Shown here: positions 27,556 through 38,954 of the stretch, one piece after another
Layout: each line of letters begins with the position of its first letter
Position numbering within the stretch: position 1 is the first letter of the stretch
Virus record (IMG/VR): IMGVR_UViG_2925903241_000004
Source of the DNA: a virus
Taxonomy: Duplodnaviria; Heunggongvirae; Uroviricota; Caudoviricetes
Strand: one strand, 5' to 3'
Length of the DNA: 47,006 bases
Notes under the pieces: generated by a model
What the model was told of the DNA's origin: nothing
The model's input: the letters and a program-made list of their open reading frames with translations, nothing else
The model's database searches: none
Program-made: the position numbers and the translations under genes

Positions 27556-28001
27556 TGGATTTCAGTCTTGATTTTTCCGGCCTGGCGGATATTGCACGGG
27601 ATTTGGAGACGCTCAGCAGGGCAGAAAACAATAAGGTTCTGCGCGATGCCACCCGTGCCGGTGCTGAAGTTATGCGGGATGCAGTTGTTGAACGTGCGCC
27701 GGAGCGAACCGGGAAACTGAAGAAAAATGTGGTTGTTCTCACTCAGCGTTCAAAGCGTCGGGGGGAAATTATCTCGGGTGTCCACATTCGCGGACGGAAC
27801 CTGCGAACCGGAAACAGTGATAACAGCATGAAAGCCAGCGATCCCCGAAATGCATTTTACTGGCGCTTTGTGGAGCTGGGAACGATAAACATGCCCGCGC
27901 ATCCATTCATTCGCCCGGCTTTCGATACGACAGAGGAGCTGGCGGCGCAGGTTGCCATACAGCGAATGAATCAGGCTATTGATGAGGTCTTAAGTAAATG
28001 A
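27555..28001 (+). CDS. Tail component, HK97 gp10-like
   Basis: ATG at 27555 overlapping the previous stop; size and position consistent with the HK97 gp10 family. Confidence 0.6.
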   Translation: MDFSLDFSGLADIARDLETLSRAENNKVLRDATRAGAEVMRDAVVERAPERTGKLKKNVVVLTQRSKRRGEIISGVHIRGRNLRTGNSDNSMKASDPRNAFYWRFVELGTINMPAHPFIRPAFDTTEELAAQVAIQRMNQAIDEVLSK

Positions 28002-28342
28002 GGGAGGGCACACTGTATTCCCTGTTGTCTCAGCTGGCCGGAGGACAGGTTTATCCTTATGTGGTCCCGCTGACGGAGGGAAAGCCTGCAGTATCTCCGC
28101 CGTGGCTGGTGTTTTCTGTGGTGTCTGACACGGTATCTGATGTGCTTGATGGGCAGGCTGAATCCAGAATTACCGTGCAGATCGATGTCTGGGCGACAGT
28201 ACCTGATGACGCAGATAATATTCGTGAGCAGGCGCTTGATGCGGTAAGAAAACTGGCACCCTCCGTTATTTCTAAAACGCAGGGTTATGATCCTGACTCC
28301 CGTCTGAGCAGAGCCACGCTTGAATTCCAGGTAATAGCCTGA
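27998..28342 (+). CDS. Tail completion protein
   Basis: 114-aa ORF overlapping the previous gene; position before the major tail protein. Confidence 0.6.
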   Translation: MREGTLYSLLSQLAGGQVYPYVVPLTEGKPAVSPPWLVFSVVSDTVSDVLDGQAESRITVQIDVWATVPDDADNIREQALDAVRKLAPSVISKTQGYDPDSRLSRATLEFQVIA

Positions 28343-28363
28343 GGTCATTAATGATTTTACCCA

Positions 28364-28386
28364 CCCGCCGCTGGCGGGTTTTTTTA
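28364..28386 (+). terminator. Intrinsic terminator before major tail gene
   Basis: CCCGCC-GCT-GGCGGG hairpin followed by an 8-T run. Confidence 0.6.
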
Positions 28387-28402
28387 TTTTCAGGAGACGA
28401 GT

Positions 28403-29107
28403 ATGTCCTCTAATTTTGAGCGTTCGCAACTGACGAAAATTATGATTTCGTCTGCACCGGTAACAGCAGAAACCCTGGATTCTGCCAGCTATCTTGGCCT
28501 GAGCTGTACAATCAAAGAGGTGCAGTTTACCGCAGGACAAAAGCAGGATATTGATGTCACCACGCTGTATTCTGTTGAGCAGGAAAATATTAACGGTCTT
28601 GGGGCTGCTTCAGAGATTTCCATGTCAGGCAACTTTTATCTGAATGCTGCCCAGAACGCGTTGCGCAGTGCCTATGACAATGACACCACGTATGGCTTTA
28701 AAGTTATTTTTCCGTCAGGCAACGGATTTACCTTTATGGCAGAGGTGCGTCAGCATACCTGGTCTGCAGGAACCAATGGTGTTGTGGCTGCAACGTTTTC
28801 TCTGCGCCTGAAAGGTAAGCCTGTGCTGACGACAGAGCAGCTGAAAGTGAAGGTCGATTTAAAAAGCACGCTGCGGGTTGCTTCCGGAGCGAAACTTGAA
28901 ATGGCGGTTGAGGCTGTGGGTGGTGTGCCGCCTTATTCTTATGCCTGGAAAAAAGGTGGTTCTCCTGTTTCCGGACAGACGGCGGCAACGTTCAGTAAGG
29001 CATCAGCAGCATCCGGTGATGCCGGTGCGTATACCTGCGAGATTTCTGATTCAGCGAGCCCGGTTAACAAAGTGACCTCCACTTCCTGCACTGTAACCGT
29101 CAGTTAA
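28403..29107 (+). CDS. Major tail protein with C-terminal Ig-like domain
   Basis: 234-aa ORF with GGAG RBS; position before the G/GT chaperone pair; C-terminal ~90 aa resembles bacterial Ig-like domains. Confidence 0.8.
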   Translation: MSSNFERSQLTKIMISSAPVTAETLDSASYLGLSCTIKEVQFTAGQKQDIDVTTLYSVEQENINGLGAASEISMSGNFYLNAAQNALRSAYDNDTTYGFKVIFPSGNGFTFMAEVRQHTWSAGTNGVVAATFSLRLKGKPVLTTEQLKVKVDLKSTLRVASGAKLEMAVEAVGGVPPYSYAWKKGGSPVSGQTAATFSKASAASGDAGAYTCEISDSASPVNKVTSTSCTVTVS

Positions 29108-29493
29108 TGAGGATGGATGTGATGACTAAAAATATCCGTAATCTGGCACTGGCAACGATGTCGGGGTTTCGCCATAAAACCGTTGATGTGCCTGAATGGG
29201 AGGGAGCAACGGTTGTGTTACGGGAACCTTCTGCAGAAGCCTGGTTGCGCTGGCAGGAGATCGTTAAAGCAAAAGATGATGAGACACCGTTATCCGTTGC
29301 GGAGCGCGCCCGCCGAAATCTGGAGGCAGATGTTGAACTGTTCATTGATGTTCTGTGTGATACCGGACTGCAACCCGTATTTTCAGAGGATGATCGTGAA
29401 CAGGTGATTGCCGTGTATGGCCCGGTGCATGCGCGGCTTCTTCGGCAGTCTCTGGAACTGATCAGTGATGCCGGCGAGGTTAAAAAAAAGTAG
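29107..29493 (+). CDS. Tail assembly chaperone G
   Basis: 128-aa ORF ending at TAG 29491-29493 directly after the slippery heptamer A AAA AAG. Confidence 0.7.
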   Translation: MRMDVMTKNIRNLALATMSGFRHKTVDVPEWEGATVVLREPSAEAWLRWQEIVKAKDDETPLSVAERARRNLEADVELFIDVLCDTGLQPVFSEDDREQVIAVYGPVHARLLRQSLELISDAGEVKKK

Positions 29494-29795
29494 CGCTTCC
29501 GGGGATGCGTTTTCTGATGATGCTGGCGCTCAGGATGGGGCGCACATTGTCAGAGTTACGCCGGGAAATGTCCGCATCAGAAATCATGATGTGGGCAGAA
29601 TTTGACAGGTTCAGCCCGCTGGGGGACGAACGGGCTGATTTCCGGGCTGCCCAGATTGTTTCAGCTATTTACGGTGCGCAGGGGGTCAAAGTGTCACTGA
29701 ATGATGCGCTTCTTCAGTGGGAGAAGGAGCAGACAGAAGGCGCTTCAGATCCATTTGCCGGACTGGAAAACGCGCTTTTAATAGTGTCTCAGTGA
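29107..29795 (+). CDS. Tail assembly chaperone GT fusion (predicted -1 programmed frameshift product)
   Basis: A -1 shift at the heptamer (29484-29490) joins G to the downstream frame (...AGEVKKK/VALPGMRFLMMLALRMG...), open to 29795; the downstream ORF has no start or RBS of its own. Confidence 0.65.
29484..29490 (+). promoter_or_regulatory. Programmed -1 ribosomal frameshift slippery site A_AAA_AAG
   Basis: Heptamer in G-frame phasing (codons AAA AAG preceded by A) two codons before the G stop; same heptamer as the E. coli dnaX site. Confidence 0.65.
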
Positions 29796-29803
29796 GTCAA
29801 CAT

Positions 29804-29826
29804 AACCGCTTCGGCGGTTTTTTTTC
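29804..29826 (+). terminator. Intrinsic terminator-like hairpin before tape measure gene
   Basis: AACCGC-TTCG-GCGGTT hairpin followed by TTTTTTTT. Confidence 0.5.
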
Positions 29827-29835
29827 GTCCGGAGA

Positions 29836-32800
29836 ATGAGTGTGGCGACATTACGTGAACTGATTATTAAAATCTCGGCAAACTCCCGGTCATTCCAGTC
29901 AGAGATCTCCCGGGCTTCGCGTATGGGGCAGGATTACTACCGCACCATGCAGAACGGAGGCCAACAGTCTGCTGCTGCCTCCCGTGAAATGCGGCGTGCA
30001 CTGGCAGAAGTGACGGATCAGATAAATACAGCTAAATCTTCGGCACTGAATATGGCGGGGGCATTTGCCGGGGCTTTTGCTACCGGTCATCTTATTTCTC
30101 TCGCCGATGAGTGGAATTCAGTAAATGCCCGTCTGAAGCAGGCCTCACAGTCCAGTGATGATTTTCAGGCATCACAGCGTGAATTAATGGCGATCAGCCA
30201 GAGAACGGGGACGGCGTTTTCTGATAACGCCAGCCTTTTTGCCCGTTCTGCAGCTTCCATGCGGGAGTATGGTTACAGTTCTGAGGAGGTACTGAAAGTC
30301 ACCGAGGCGATCTCCACGGGCCTGAAATTATCCGGTGCCAGTACAGCAGAAGCCAGTTCGGTGATCATGCAGTTCAGTCAGGCACTGGCGCAGGGAGTGC
30401 TGCGCGGTGAAGAGTTTAACTCGGTGAATGAGAACGGCGATCGTGTTATTCGTGCGCTGGCTGCGGGAATGGGGGTTGCCCGTAAGGATCTGAAGGCCAT
30501 GGCGGATAACGGAAAACTGACCGCCGATAAGGTTGTTCCTGCACTGATTAGTCAGCTTGGGGCGTTGCGTGATGAATATGCAGCAATGCCTGATACTGTT
30601 TCATCCTCTGCAACCAAAGTTGAAAACGCCTTTATGGCCTGGGTTGGTGGTGCGAACGAGGCAAGCGGAGTGACAAAGACACTCTCCGGTGTGCTGAATG
30701 GTGTTGCAGACAATATTGATACCGTGGCTGCTGCAGCTGGCGCACTGGTTGCCGTCGGGGTAGCCCGATATTTTGGCAATATGGCGTCGTCTGCTGGATC
30801 TGCAACTGCCGGATTAATTACTGCAGCCAGAAACGAAGTGGCTCTTGCTGAAGCGCAACTTCGGGGGACACAGATAGCAACCGCCAGAGCGCGTGCGGCG
30901 GTTTATCGTGCGCAACAGGCGGTTGTTGCTGCTCGCGGTACCGAAAGGCAGGCCGCAGCAGAAGCGAAGCTGACAGCTGCTCAGGCGTCACTTACCCGTA
31001 ATATTGCGGCCAGAACAGCGGCGCAGACAACGCTGAATACTGTCACGTCAGTGGGGAGTCGTCTGTTAAGTGGTGCGCTGGGGCTGGTTGGTGGTGTGCC
31101 GGGACTCGTCATGCTGGGGGCGACGGCCTGGTACACGATGTATCAGAATCAGGAGCAGGCCAGAGAATCTGCACGCCAGTATGCCGCAACAATCGACGAA
31201 ATTCGCCAGAAAACGTCGGCAATGTCGCTTCCTGAAGCGTCAGATAATGAGGAAAAGACGCGGCAGGCACTTGATGAGCAAAACAGGTTAATTGACGAGC
31301 AGAAAAGTAAGATTAAATCCTTACAGGAAAAAATTGCTGGCTATCAGTATGTGCTGGCAAACCCGGGCTGGACAACCGATAACGGTTTTATGATTAACCA
31401 CATGACGTCGGTAAAAACAGTCACAGAAGGGCTTGCAGAAGCAACAAATCAACTGGCAGTTGAACAGTCCCGTCTCACACAAATGCAGGGCAAAGCGCAA
31501 TCCATTCAGGATGTGCTTGCCGGGCTGGAGGAGCGGCGGGTTGCGTTGATCCGTCAACAGGCGGCGGAACAAAACAAAGCGTATCAGTCCCTGTTGATCA
31601 TGAATGGGCAGCATACCGAGTTTAATCGCCTTCTTGGGCTTGGTAATGAATTACTTCAGCAGCGACAGGGGTTGGTGAATGTACCGTTACGGCTACCACA
31701 GGCAACCCTGGATGATAAACAGCAGACCGCACTGAATAACAGCAAGCGCGAACTGGCTCTGTCCCGCCTTAAGGGGGAAGCGCGTGAGCGTGCTCGACTG
31801 GGCTATGCTGCGGATGATCTTGGCTTTGTGGGAGAGGCGTATCAGACAGCCAGACAGAATTATATCAATAACTCACTGGATGCCTGGCGAAATAACCAGG
31901 CAAATAAACCCAAAGCGCATAAAAAGACCGAAGCGGAAAAAACAGAAGATATTTATAAACGGCTGATTAAACAGCAAAAAGAACAGATAGCACTGGCAGG
32001 GCAGAATACTGAACTGGCTAAGATGAAATATCAGGTCAGTCAGGGCGAATTATCAACCCTGTCAGAAGCGCAGAAAAAAACGCTTTTGCAGAATGCAGCA
32101 CTCATCGACCAGAAAAAGATTCGTGAGCAGCTTGCTGCGTATGAAAGCAGCCTGGCGGACAGTAATGCCAGTACCCGGGCGTCTAACGACGCGCAGTTAC
32201 TGGGATATGGTGAAGGCTCACGGATGCGTGAACGACTCCAGGAAATGTGGAGTATCCGGCATGAGTTTGAGCAGAAAAATAACGAGCTGCTGAGACAGTA
32301 TCAGGCCGGAGAAATTGAAGAAGCCCTGTGGAAACAGGAGAAAGAACTGAATAAAAAATATCTGGAAGAGCGTCTCAGCGATCAGCAGGATTATTATGCA
32401 AAGGCCGATGCTTTACGTAATAACTGGAATGCAGGACTCCAGGAGGGGCTGACCAACTGGGCAGACAGTGCCACCGATTATGCTTCGCAGGCGGCAGATG
32501 CTGTCGTTTCCACTATGGACGGGCTGGTATCAAATATTTCCGATGCACTGGCCGGAAATGTTGTGGACTGGAGGAACTGGGGGAGTTCAGTTCTCCGGGA
32601 AGTTTCAAAAATTCTGATGAATGCAGCCATTGTTAACGGACTGAAATCACTCTCCGGTGCCGGAGGGTGGCTTGGTACGGTCGGCGGATGGATTTCGGGG
32701 GCAGTGGCAAACGCAAAAGGTGGTGTTTACACATCGGCAAATCTGAGTGCTTACAGTAACACTATTGTGGATACACCGACGTATTTTGCTTTTGCGAAGG

Positions 32801-33069
32801 GGGCCGGGTTGATGGGCGAGGCCGGGCCTGAAGCAATCATGCCACTGACACGGGCAGCGGACGGCTCTCTTGGGGTCAGGGCCATTGGAGATGTGAATGG
32901 TGGCGGTGGATTTGTTTATTCTCCCGTGTATCACATCAGCATTCAGAATCAAGGGAGCAATGGCGAGATAGATGCGCGCTCAGCCAGGGGACTGGTGGAT
33001 CTGATCGACAGCAGGGTTGTGTCAATTATGCAGTCATCGCGTCGGGATGGAGGATTGTACAGTGCCTGA
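29836..33069 (+). CDS. Tail tape measure protein
   Basis: 1077-aa ORF after the G/GT pair; long Ala/Gln-rich predicted coiled coil; start may be ATG 29836 or GTG 29842. Confidence 0.9.
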   Translation: MSVATLRELIIKISANSRSFQSEISRASRMGQDYYRTMQNGGQQSAAASREMRRALAEVTDQINTAKSSALNMAGAFAGAFATGHLISLADEWNSVNARLKQASQSSDDFQASQRELMAISQRTGTAFSDNASLFARSAASMREYGYSSEEVLKVTEAISTGLKLSGASTAEASSVIMQFSQALAQGVLRGEEFNSVNENGDRVIRALAAGMGVARKDLKAMADNGKLTADKVVPALISQLGALRDEYAAMPDTVSSSATKVENAFMAWVGGANEASGVTKTLSGVLNGVADNIDTVAAAAGALVAVGVARYFGNMASSAGSATAGLITAARNEVALAEAQLRGTQIATARARAAVYRAQQAVVAARGTERQAAAEAKLTAAQASLTRNIAARTAAQTTLNTVTSVGSRLLSGALGLVGGVPGLVMLGATAWYTMYQNQEQARESARQYAATIDEIRQKTSAMSLPEASDNEEKTRQALDEQNRLIDEQKSKIKSLQEKIAGYQYVLANPGWTTDNGFMINHMTSVKTVTEGLAEATNQLAVEQSRLTQMQGKAQSIQDVLAGLEERRVALIRQQAAEQNKAYQSLLIMNGQHTEFNRLLGLGNELLQQRQGLVNVPLRLPQATLDDKQQTALNNSKRELALSRLKGEARERARLGYAADDLGFVGEAYQTARQNYINNSLDAWRNNQANKPKAHKKTEAEKTEDIYKRLIKQQKEQIALAGQNTELAKMKYQVSQGELSTLSEAQKKTLLQNAALIDQKKIREQLAAYESSLADSNASTRASNDAQLLGYGEGSRMRERLQEMWSIRHEFEQKNNELLRQYQAGEIEEALWKQEKELNKKYLEERLSDQQDYYAKADALRNNWNAGLQEGLTNWADSATDYASQAADAVVSTMDGLVSNISDALAGNVVDWRNWGSSVLREVSKILMNAAIVNGLKSLSGAGGWLGTVGGWISGAVANAKGGVYTSANLSAYSNTIVDTPTYFAFAKGAGLMGEAGPEAIMPLTRAADGSLGVRAIGDVNGGGGFVYSPVYHISIQNQGSNGEIDARSARGLVDLIDSRVVSIMQSSRRDGGLYSA

Positions 33070-33403
33070 GCCTGAAGTTTTTAACTGGATCCCCCGTGAG
33101 GGGATGGAGACGACACGAAAGCCATCAGTTATTACGGTAAAGTTTGGTGACGGATATGAACAGCGACGGGCTGGTGGTCTGAATGCGGATCTGAAAACGT
33201 TTAAACCGGTATTTCGTGTCACAGATGAATATTCCCGTGCCGCGCTGGACAGTTTTTTATCCCGTCATGCCGGGATTCGTGCTTTTTTGTGGCGTCCGCC
33301 AAAACACAACAGGACTGTCCGGGTTGTCTGCAGGGAGTGGAGCATTTCGGATAATGCCATGTATACCGATTTTAACTGTACCTTTGAAGAGGTCACTCAC
33401 TGA
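33062..33403 (+). CDS. Minor tail protein M
   Basis: KFGDGYEQRRAGGLNADLKT... matches lambda gpM; start ambiguous between ATG 33047 and GTG 33062 (GGAGGA 7 nt upstream of the GTG). Confidence 0.8.
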   Translation: MPEPEVFNWIPREGMETTRKPSVITVKFGDGYEQRRAGGLNADLKTFKPVFRVTDEYSRAALDSFLSRHAGIRAFLWRPPKHNRTVRVVCREWSISDNAMYTDFNCTFEEVTH

Positions 33404-34101
33404 TGCAGGATATACAGCAGGAAACACTCAATGAGTGCACTAAAACGGAGCAATCCGCGCTGGTCGTGCTCTGGGAAATTGATCTGACAGAGGTCGGCGG
33501 AGATCGTTATTTCTTCTGTAATGAGCAGAACGAAAAAGGTGAACCAGTCACCTGGCAGGGGCGGCAGTATCAGGCTTATCCCATTCAGGGAAGCGGATTT
33601 GAGATGAACGGCAAAGGAGCCAGTGCAAGGCCAACGCTTAAAGTCTCTAATCTGTACGGCATGGTCACCGGGATGGCGGAAGATATGCAGAGTCTGGTCG
33701 GCGGAACGGTGGTCCGGCGTAAGGTTTACGCCCGTTTTCTGGATGCGGTGAACTTCGTCAACGGAAACAGTTACGCCGATCCGGAGCAGGAGGTGATCAG
33801 CCGCTGGCGCATTGAGCAGTGCAGCGAACTGAGCGCGGTGAGTGCCTCCTTTGTACTGTCCACGCCGACGGAAACGGATGGCGCTGTTTTTCCGGGACGT
33901 ATCATGCTGGCCAACACCTGCACCTGGACCTATCGCGGTGACGAGTGCGGTTATAGCGGTCCGGCTGTCGCGGATGAATATGACCAGCCAACGTCCGATA
34001 TCACGAAGGATAAATGCAGCAAATGCCTGAGCGGTTGTAAGTTCCGCAATAACGTCGGCAACTTTGGCGGCTTCCTTTCCATTAACAAACTTTCGCAGTA
34101 A
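33403..34101 (+). CDS. Minor tail protein L
   Basis: 232-aa ORF with strong similarity to lambda gpL (conserved C-terminal Cys cluster); start overlaps the M stop. Confidence 0.9.
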   Translation: MQDIQQETLNECTKTEQSALVVLWEIDLTEVGGDRYFFCNEQNEKGEPVTWQGRQYQAYPIQGSGFEMNGKGASARPTLKVSNLYGMVTGMAEDMQSLVGGTVVRRKVYARFLDAVNFVNGNSYADPEQEVISRWRIEQCSELSAVSASFVLSTPTETDGAVFPGRIMLANTCTWTYRGDECGYSGPAVADEYDQPTSDITKDKCSKCLSGCKFRNNVGNFGGFLSINKLSQ

Positions 34102-34106
34102 ATCCC

Positions 34107-34850
34107 ATGACACAGACAGAATCAGCGATTCTGGCGCACGCCCGGCGATGTGCGCCAGCGGAGTCGTGCGGCTTCGTGGTAAGCACGCCGGAGGGGGAAA
34201 GATATTTTCCCTGCGTGAATATCTCCGGTGAGCCGGAGGCGTATTTCCGTATGTCGCCGGAAGACTGGCTGCAGGCAGAAATGCAGGGTGAGATTGTGGC
34301 GCTGGTCCACAGCCACCCCGGTGGTCTGCCCTGGCTGAGTGAGGCCGACCGGCGGCTGCAGGTGCAGAGTGATTTGCCGTGGTGGCTGGTCTGCCGGGGG
34401 GCGATTCACAAGTTCCGCTGTGTGCCGCATCTTACCGGGCGGCGCTTTGAGCACGGGGTGACGGACTGTTACACGCTGCTCCGGGATGCTTACCATCTGG
34501 CGGGAATTGAGATGCCTGATTTTCATCGTGAGGATGACTGGTGGCGTAACGGCCAGAATCTCTATCTGGATAATCTGGAGGCGACGGGGCTGTATCAGGT
34601 GCCGTTGTCAGCGGCACAGCCGGGCGATGTGCTGCTGTGCTGTTTTGGTTCATCGGTGCCGAATCACGCCGCAATTTACTGCGGCGACGGCGAGCTGCTG
34701 CACCATATTCCTGAACAACTGAGCAAACGAGAGAGGTACACCGACAAATGGCAGCGACGCACACACTCCCTCTGGCGTCACCGGGCATGGCACGTATCTG
34801 CCTTTACGGGGATTTGCAACGATTTGGCCGCCGCATCGACCTTCGTGTGA
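34107..34850 (+). CDS. Tail assembly protein K (JAB/MPN and NlpC/P60-like domains)
   Basis: 247-aa ORF closely resembling lambda gpK, including the HSHP metal-binding motif. Confidence 0.9.
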   Translation: MTQTESAILAHARRCAPAESCGFVVSTPEGERYFPCVNISGEPEAYFRMSPEDWLQAEMQGEIVALVHSHPGGLPWLSEADRRLQVQSDLPWWLVCRGAIHKFRCVPHLTGRRFEHGVTDCYTLLRDAYHLAGIEMPDFHREDDWWRNGQNLYLDNLEATGLYQVPLSAAQPGDVLLCCFGSSVPNHAAIYCGDGELLHHIPEQLSKRERYTDKWQRRTHSLWRHRAWHVSAFTGICNDLAAASTFV

Positions 34851-35395
34851 AAACGGGGGCCGAAGCCATCCGGGCGCTGGCCATGCAGATCCCGGCGTTT
34901 CGTCAGAAACTGAGCGATGGCTGGTATCAGGTGCGCATTGCCGGGCGTGATGCAGGCGAAAACGAATTATCAGCCCGTCTTAATGAGCCGCTGAAAAATG
35001 GTGCCGTGATCCACATCGTTCCGCGTCTTGCGGGAGCAAAAAGTGGCGGTGTGTTTCAGGCGGTGCTGGGTGCGGCGCTGATTGCAGTGGCGTGGTGGAA
35101 CCCTGTGGGCTGGCTGGGAGCTGCGGCTGTATCGGGCATGTATGCTGCGGGGGCCAGTATGATCCTTGGCGGTGTGGCGCAGATGCTGGCACCGAAAGCC
35201 AGAACTCCCCGTACACAGACAACGGATAACGGTAAGCAGAACACCTATTTCTCCTCACTGGATAACATGGTTGCCCAGGGCAATGTTCTGCCCGTTCTGT
35301 ACGGTGAAATGCGCGTGGGGTCGCGGGTGGCTTCTCAGGAGATCAGCACGGCAGACGAAGGGGACGGTGGTCAGGTTGTGGTGATTGGTCGCTGA
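34748..35395 (+). CDS. Tail assembly protein I
   Basis: 215-aa ORF; N-terminus MAATHTLPLASPGMARICLYGDLQRFGRRIDL matches lambda gpI; overlaps the 3' end of K. Confidence 0.85.
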   Translation: MAATHTLPLASPGMARICLYGDLQRFGRRIDLRVKTGAEAIRALAMQIPAFRQKLSDGWYQVRIAGRDAGENELSARLNEPLKNGAVIHIVPRLAGAKSGGVFQAVLGAALIAVAWWNPVGWLGAAAVSGMYAAGASMILGGVAQMLAPKARTPRTQTTDNGKQNTYFSSLDNMVAQGNVLPVLYGEMRVGSRVASQEISTADEGDGGQVVVIGR

Positions 35396-35455
35396 TGCAA
35401 AACGTTTTATGTGAAACCGCCTCAGGGCGGTTTTGTCGTTTCTGGAGCGTGAGGA

Positions 35456-38400
35456 ATGGGTAAAGGCAGCAGTAAGGGGCATACCCCGCGCGAAGCGAAG
35501 GACAACCTGAAATCATCCCAGATGCTGAGCGTGATAGACGCCATCAGTGAAGGGCCGGTTGAAGGTCCGGTGGATGGATTAAAAAGCGTGCTGCTGAACA
35601 GTACGCCGGTGCTGGACACTGAGGGGAATACCAACATCTCCGGTGTCACGGTGGTGTTCCGTGCCGGTGAGCAGGAGCAGACACCGCCGGAGGGGTTTGA
35701 ATCCTCCGGCTCCGAGACGGTGCTGGGTACGGAAGTGAAATATGACACGCCGATCACCCGCACCATCACGTCTGCAAACATCGACCGTCTGCGCTTTACC
35801 TTCGGTGTGCAGGCACTGGTGGAAACCACCTCAAAGGGGGACCGGAATCCGTCGGAAGTTCGCCTGCTGGTTCAGATACAGCGTAATGGTGGCTGGGTGA
35901 CGGAAAAAGACATCACCATTAAGGGCAAAACCACCTCGCAGTATCTGGCCTCGGTGGTGGTGGATAACCTGCCGCCGCGCCCGTTTAATATCCGGATGCG
36001 CAGGATGACGCCGGACAGCACCACAGACCAGCTGCAGAACAAAACGCTCTGGTCGTCATACACCGAAATCATCGATGTGAAACAGTGCTACCCGAACACG
36101 GCACTGGTCGGCGTACAGGTGGATTCGGAGCAGTTCGGCAGCCAGCAGGTGAGCCGTAATTATCATCTGCGCGGGCGCATTCTGCAGGTGCCGTCGAACT
36201 ATAACCCGCAGACGCGGCAATACAGCGGTATCTGGGACGGAACGTTTAAACCGGCATACAGCAACAACATGGCCTGGTGTCTGTGGGATATGCTGACCCA
36301 TCCGCGCTACGGCATGGGGAAACGTCTTGGTGCGGCGGATGTGGATAAATGGGCGCTGTATGTCATCGGCCAGTACTGCGACCAGTCGGTGCCGGACGGC
36401 TTTGGCGGCACGGAGCCGCGCATCACCTGTAATGCGTACCTGACCACACAGCGCAAGGCGTGGGATGTGCTCAGTGATTTCTGCTCGGCGATGCGCTGTA
36501 TGCCGGTATGGAACGGGCAGACGCTGACGTTCGTGCAGGACCGACCATCAGATAAGGTGTGGACCTATAACCGCAGTAATGTGGTGATGCCGGATGATGG
36601 CGCGCCGTTCCGCTACAGCTTCAGCGCCCTGAAAGACCGCCATAATGCCGTTGAGGTGAACTGGATTGACCCGGACAACGGCTGGGAGACGGCGACAGAG
36701 CTTGTTGAAGATACGCAGGCCATTGCCCGTTACGGTCGTAACGTCACGAAGATGGATGCCTTTGGCTGTACCAGCCGGGGGCAGGCGCACCGCGCCGGGC
36801 TGTGGCTGATTAAAACGGAACTGCTGGAAACGCAGACCGTGGACTTCAGCGTGGGTGCGGAAGGGCTTCGCCATGTACCGGGGGATGTCATTGAAATCTG
36901 CGATGATGACTATGCGGGTATCAGCACCGGCGGGCGCGTGCTGGCGGTGAACAGCCAGACCCGGACGCTGACGCTCGACCGTGAAATCACGCTGCCATCC
37001 TCCGGTACCACGCTGATAAGCCTGGTTGACGGTCAGGGTAATCCGGTCAGCGTGGAGGTCCAGTCCGTCACCGACGGCGTGAAGGTGAAAGTGAGCCGGG
37101 TTCCTGATGGTGTTGCAGAATACAGCGTGTGGGGGCTGAAGTTGCCGACGCTGCGCCAGCGCCTGTTCCGCTGTGTGAGTATCCGTGAGAACGATGACGG
37201 CACGTATGCCATCACCGCCGTGCAGCATGTACCGGAAAAAGAAGCCATCGTGGATAACGGGGCGCACTTTGACGGCGACCAGAGCGGCACGGTGAATGGT
37301 GTCACGCCGCCAGCGGTGCAGCACCTGACTGCCGAAGTCACCGCAGACAGCGGGGAATATCAGGTGCTGGCGCGCTGGGACACGCCGAAGGTGGTGAAGG
37401 GCGTGAGCTTCCTGCTCCGTCTGACCGTAACAGCGGATGACGGCAGTGAGTGGCTGGTCAGCACGGCCCGGACGACGGAAACCACTTACCGCTTCACACA
37501 ACTGGCGCTGGGGAACTACAGGCTGACAGTCCGGGCAGTAAATGCGTGGGGGCAGCAGGGCGATCCGGCGTCGGTATCGTTCCGGATTGCCGCACCGGCA
37601 GCGCCGTCGCGGATTGAGCTGACGCCGGGCTATTTTCAGATAACCGCCACGCCGCATCTTGCGGTTTATGATCCGACGGTACAGTTTGAGTTCTGGTTCT
37701 CGGAAAAGCGGATTACCGATATCAGGCAGGTTGAAACCACAGCACGCTATCTTGGCACGGCGCTGTACTGGATAGCCGCCAGTATCAATATCAAACCGGG
37801 CCATGATTATTACTTTTATATCCGCAGTGTGAACACCGTTGGCAAATCGGCATTCGTGGAGGCTGTTGGTCAGCCGAGTGATGATGCATCCGGTTATCTG
37901 GATTTTTTCAAAGGCGAGATAGGGAAAACCCATCTGGCTCAGGAGCTGTGGACGCAGATTGATAACGGTCAGCTTGCGCCTGACCTGGCTGAAATCAGGA
38001 CGTCCATTACGGATGTCAGCAATGAAATCACGCAGACCGTCAATAAGAAACTGGAAGACCAGAGTGCGGCAATTCAGCAGATACAGAAGGTTCAGGTTGA
38101 TACAAATAATAACCTGAACAGCATGTGGGCTGTGAAGCTGCAGCAGATGCAGGACGGACGCCTTTATATCGCGGGTATTGGTGCCGGTATTGAGAACACC
38201 CCTGACGGCATGCAGAGTCAGGTGCTGCTGGCGGCAGACAGGATTGCGATGATTAATCCTGCGAATGGCAACACAAAGCCGATGTTTGTTGGGCAGGGCG
38301 ATCAGATATTCATGAACGAAGTGTTCCTGAAACGCCTGACGGCTCCCACCATTACCAGCGGCGGTAATCCTCCGGTATTTTCCCTGACACCGGACGGGCG

Positions 38401-38935
38401 GCTGACGGCGAAAAATGCCGATATCAGCGGTAACGTGAATGCGAACGCCGGGACGCTCAACAACGTCACGATTAACGAGAACTGTCGGGTTCTGGGAAAA
38501 CTGTCCGCCAACCAGATTGAAGGCGATCTCGTTAAAACAGTGGGCAAAGCTTTCCCCCGGGACTCCCGTGCACCGGAACGGTGGCCATCAGGGACCATCA
38601 CCGTCAGGGTTTATGACGATCAGCCGTTTGACCGGCAGATTGTTATTCCGGCGGTGGCATTCAGCGGCGCTAAACATGAGCGGGAGAATAACGATATTTA
38701 TTCGTCATGCCGCCTGATAGTACGGAAAAACGGTGCTGAAATTTATAACCGTACCGCGCTGGATAATACGCTGATTTACAGTGGTGTTATTGATATGCCT
38801 GCCGGTCACGGTCACATGACACTGGAGTTTTCGGTGTCAGCATGGCTGGTAAATAACTGGTATCCCACAGCCAGTATCAGCGATTTGCTGGTTGTGGTGA
38901 TGAAGAAAGCCACTGCAGGCATCACGATTAGCTGA
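35456..38935 (+). CDS. Central tail fiber / host specificity protein J
   Basis: 1159-aa ORF following I; size and position of lambda gpJ; terminator immediately downstream. Confidence 0.95.
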   Translation: MGKGSSKGHTPREAKDNLKSSQMLSVIDAISEGPVEGPVDGLKSVLLNSTPVLDTEGNTNISGVTVVFRAGEQEQTPPEGFESSGSETVLGTEVKYDTPITRTITSANIDRLRFTFGVQALVETTSKGDRNPSEVRLLVQIQRNGGWVTEKDITIKGKTTSQYLASVVVDNLPPRPFNIRMRRMTPDSTTDQLQNKTLWSSYTEIIDVKQCYPNTALVGVQVDSEQFGSQQVSRNYHLRGRILQVPSNYNPQTRQYSGIWDGTFKPAYSNNMAWCLWDMLTHPRYGMGKRLGAADVDKWALYVIGQYCDQSVPDGFGGTEPRITCNAYLTTQRKAWDVLSDFCSAMRCMPVWNGQTLTFVQDRPSDKVWTYNRSNVVMPDDGAPFRYSFSALKDRHNAVEVNWIDPDNGWETATELVEDTQAIARYGRNVTKMDAFGCTSRGQAHRAGLWLIKTELLETQTVDFSVGAEGLRHVPGDVIEICDDDYAGISTGGRVLAVNSQTRTLTLDREITLPSSGTTLISLVDGQGNPVSVEVQSVTDGVKVKVSRVPDGVAEYSVWGLKLPTLRQRLFRCVSIRENDDGTYAITAVQHVPEKEAIVDNGAHFDGDQSGTVNGVTPPAVQHLTAEVTADSGEYQVLARWDTPKVVKGVSFLLRLTVTADDGSEWLVSTARTTETTYRFTQLALGNYRLTVRAVNAWGQQGDPASVSFRIAAPAAPSRIELTPGYFQITATPHLAVYDPTVQFEFWFSEKRITDIRQVETTARYLGTALYWIAASINIKPGHDYYFYIRSVNTVGKSAFVEAVGQPSDDASGYLDFFKGEIGKTHLAQELWTQIDNGQLAPDLAEIRTSITDVSNEITQTVNKKLEDQSAAIQQIQKVQVDTNNNLNSMWAVKLQQMQDGRLYIAGIGAGIENTPDGMQSQVLLAADRIAMINPANGNTKPMFVGQGDQIFMNEVFLKRLTAPTITSGGNPPVFSLTPDGRLTAKNADISGNVNANAGTLNNVTINENCRVLGKLSANQIEGDLVKTVGKAFPRDSRAPERWPSGTITVRVYDDQPFDRQIVIPAVAFSGAKHERENNDIYSSCRLIVRKNGAEIYNRTALDNTLIYSGVIDMPAGHGHMTLEFSVSAWLVNNWYPTASISDLLVVVMKKATAGITIS

Positions 38936-38954
38936 ATTTTATAACCCAGATACG

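Noticed and set aside
36548-37933. 461-aa ORF on the minus strand inside gene J
   Set aside because: Antisense to a well-supported conserved gene in GC-rich DNA; Arg/Pro/Gly-rich composition typical of spurious antisense frames; no RBS context.
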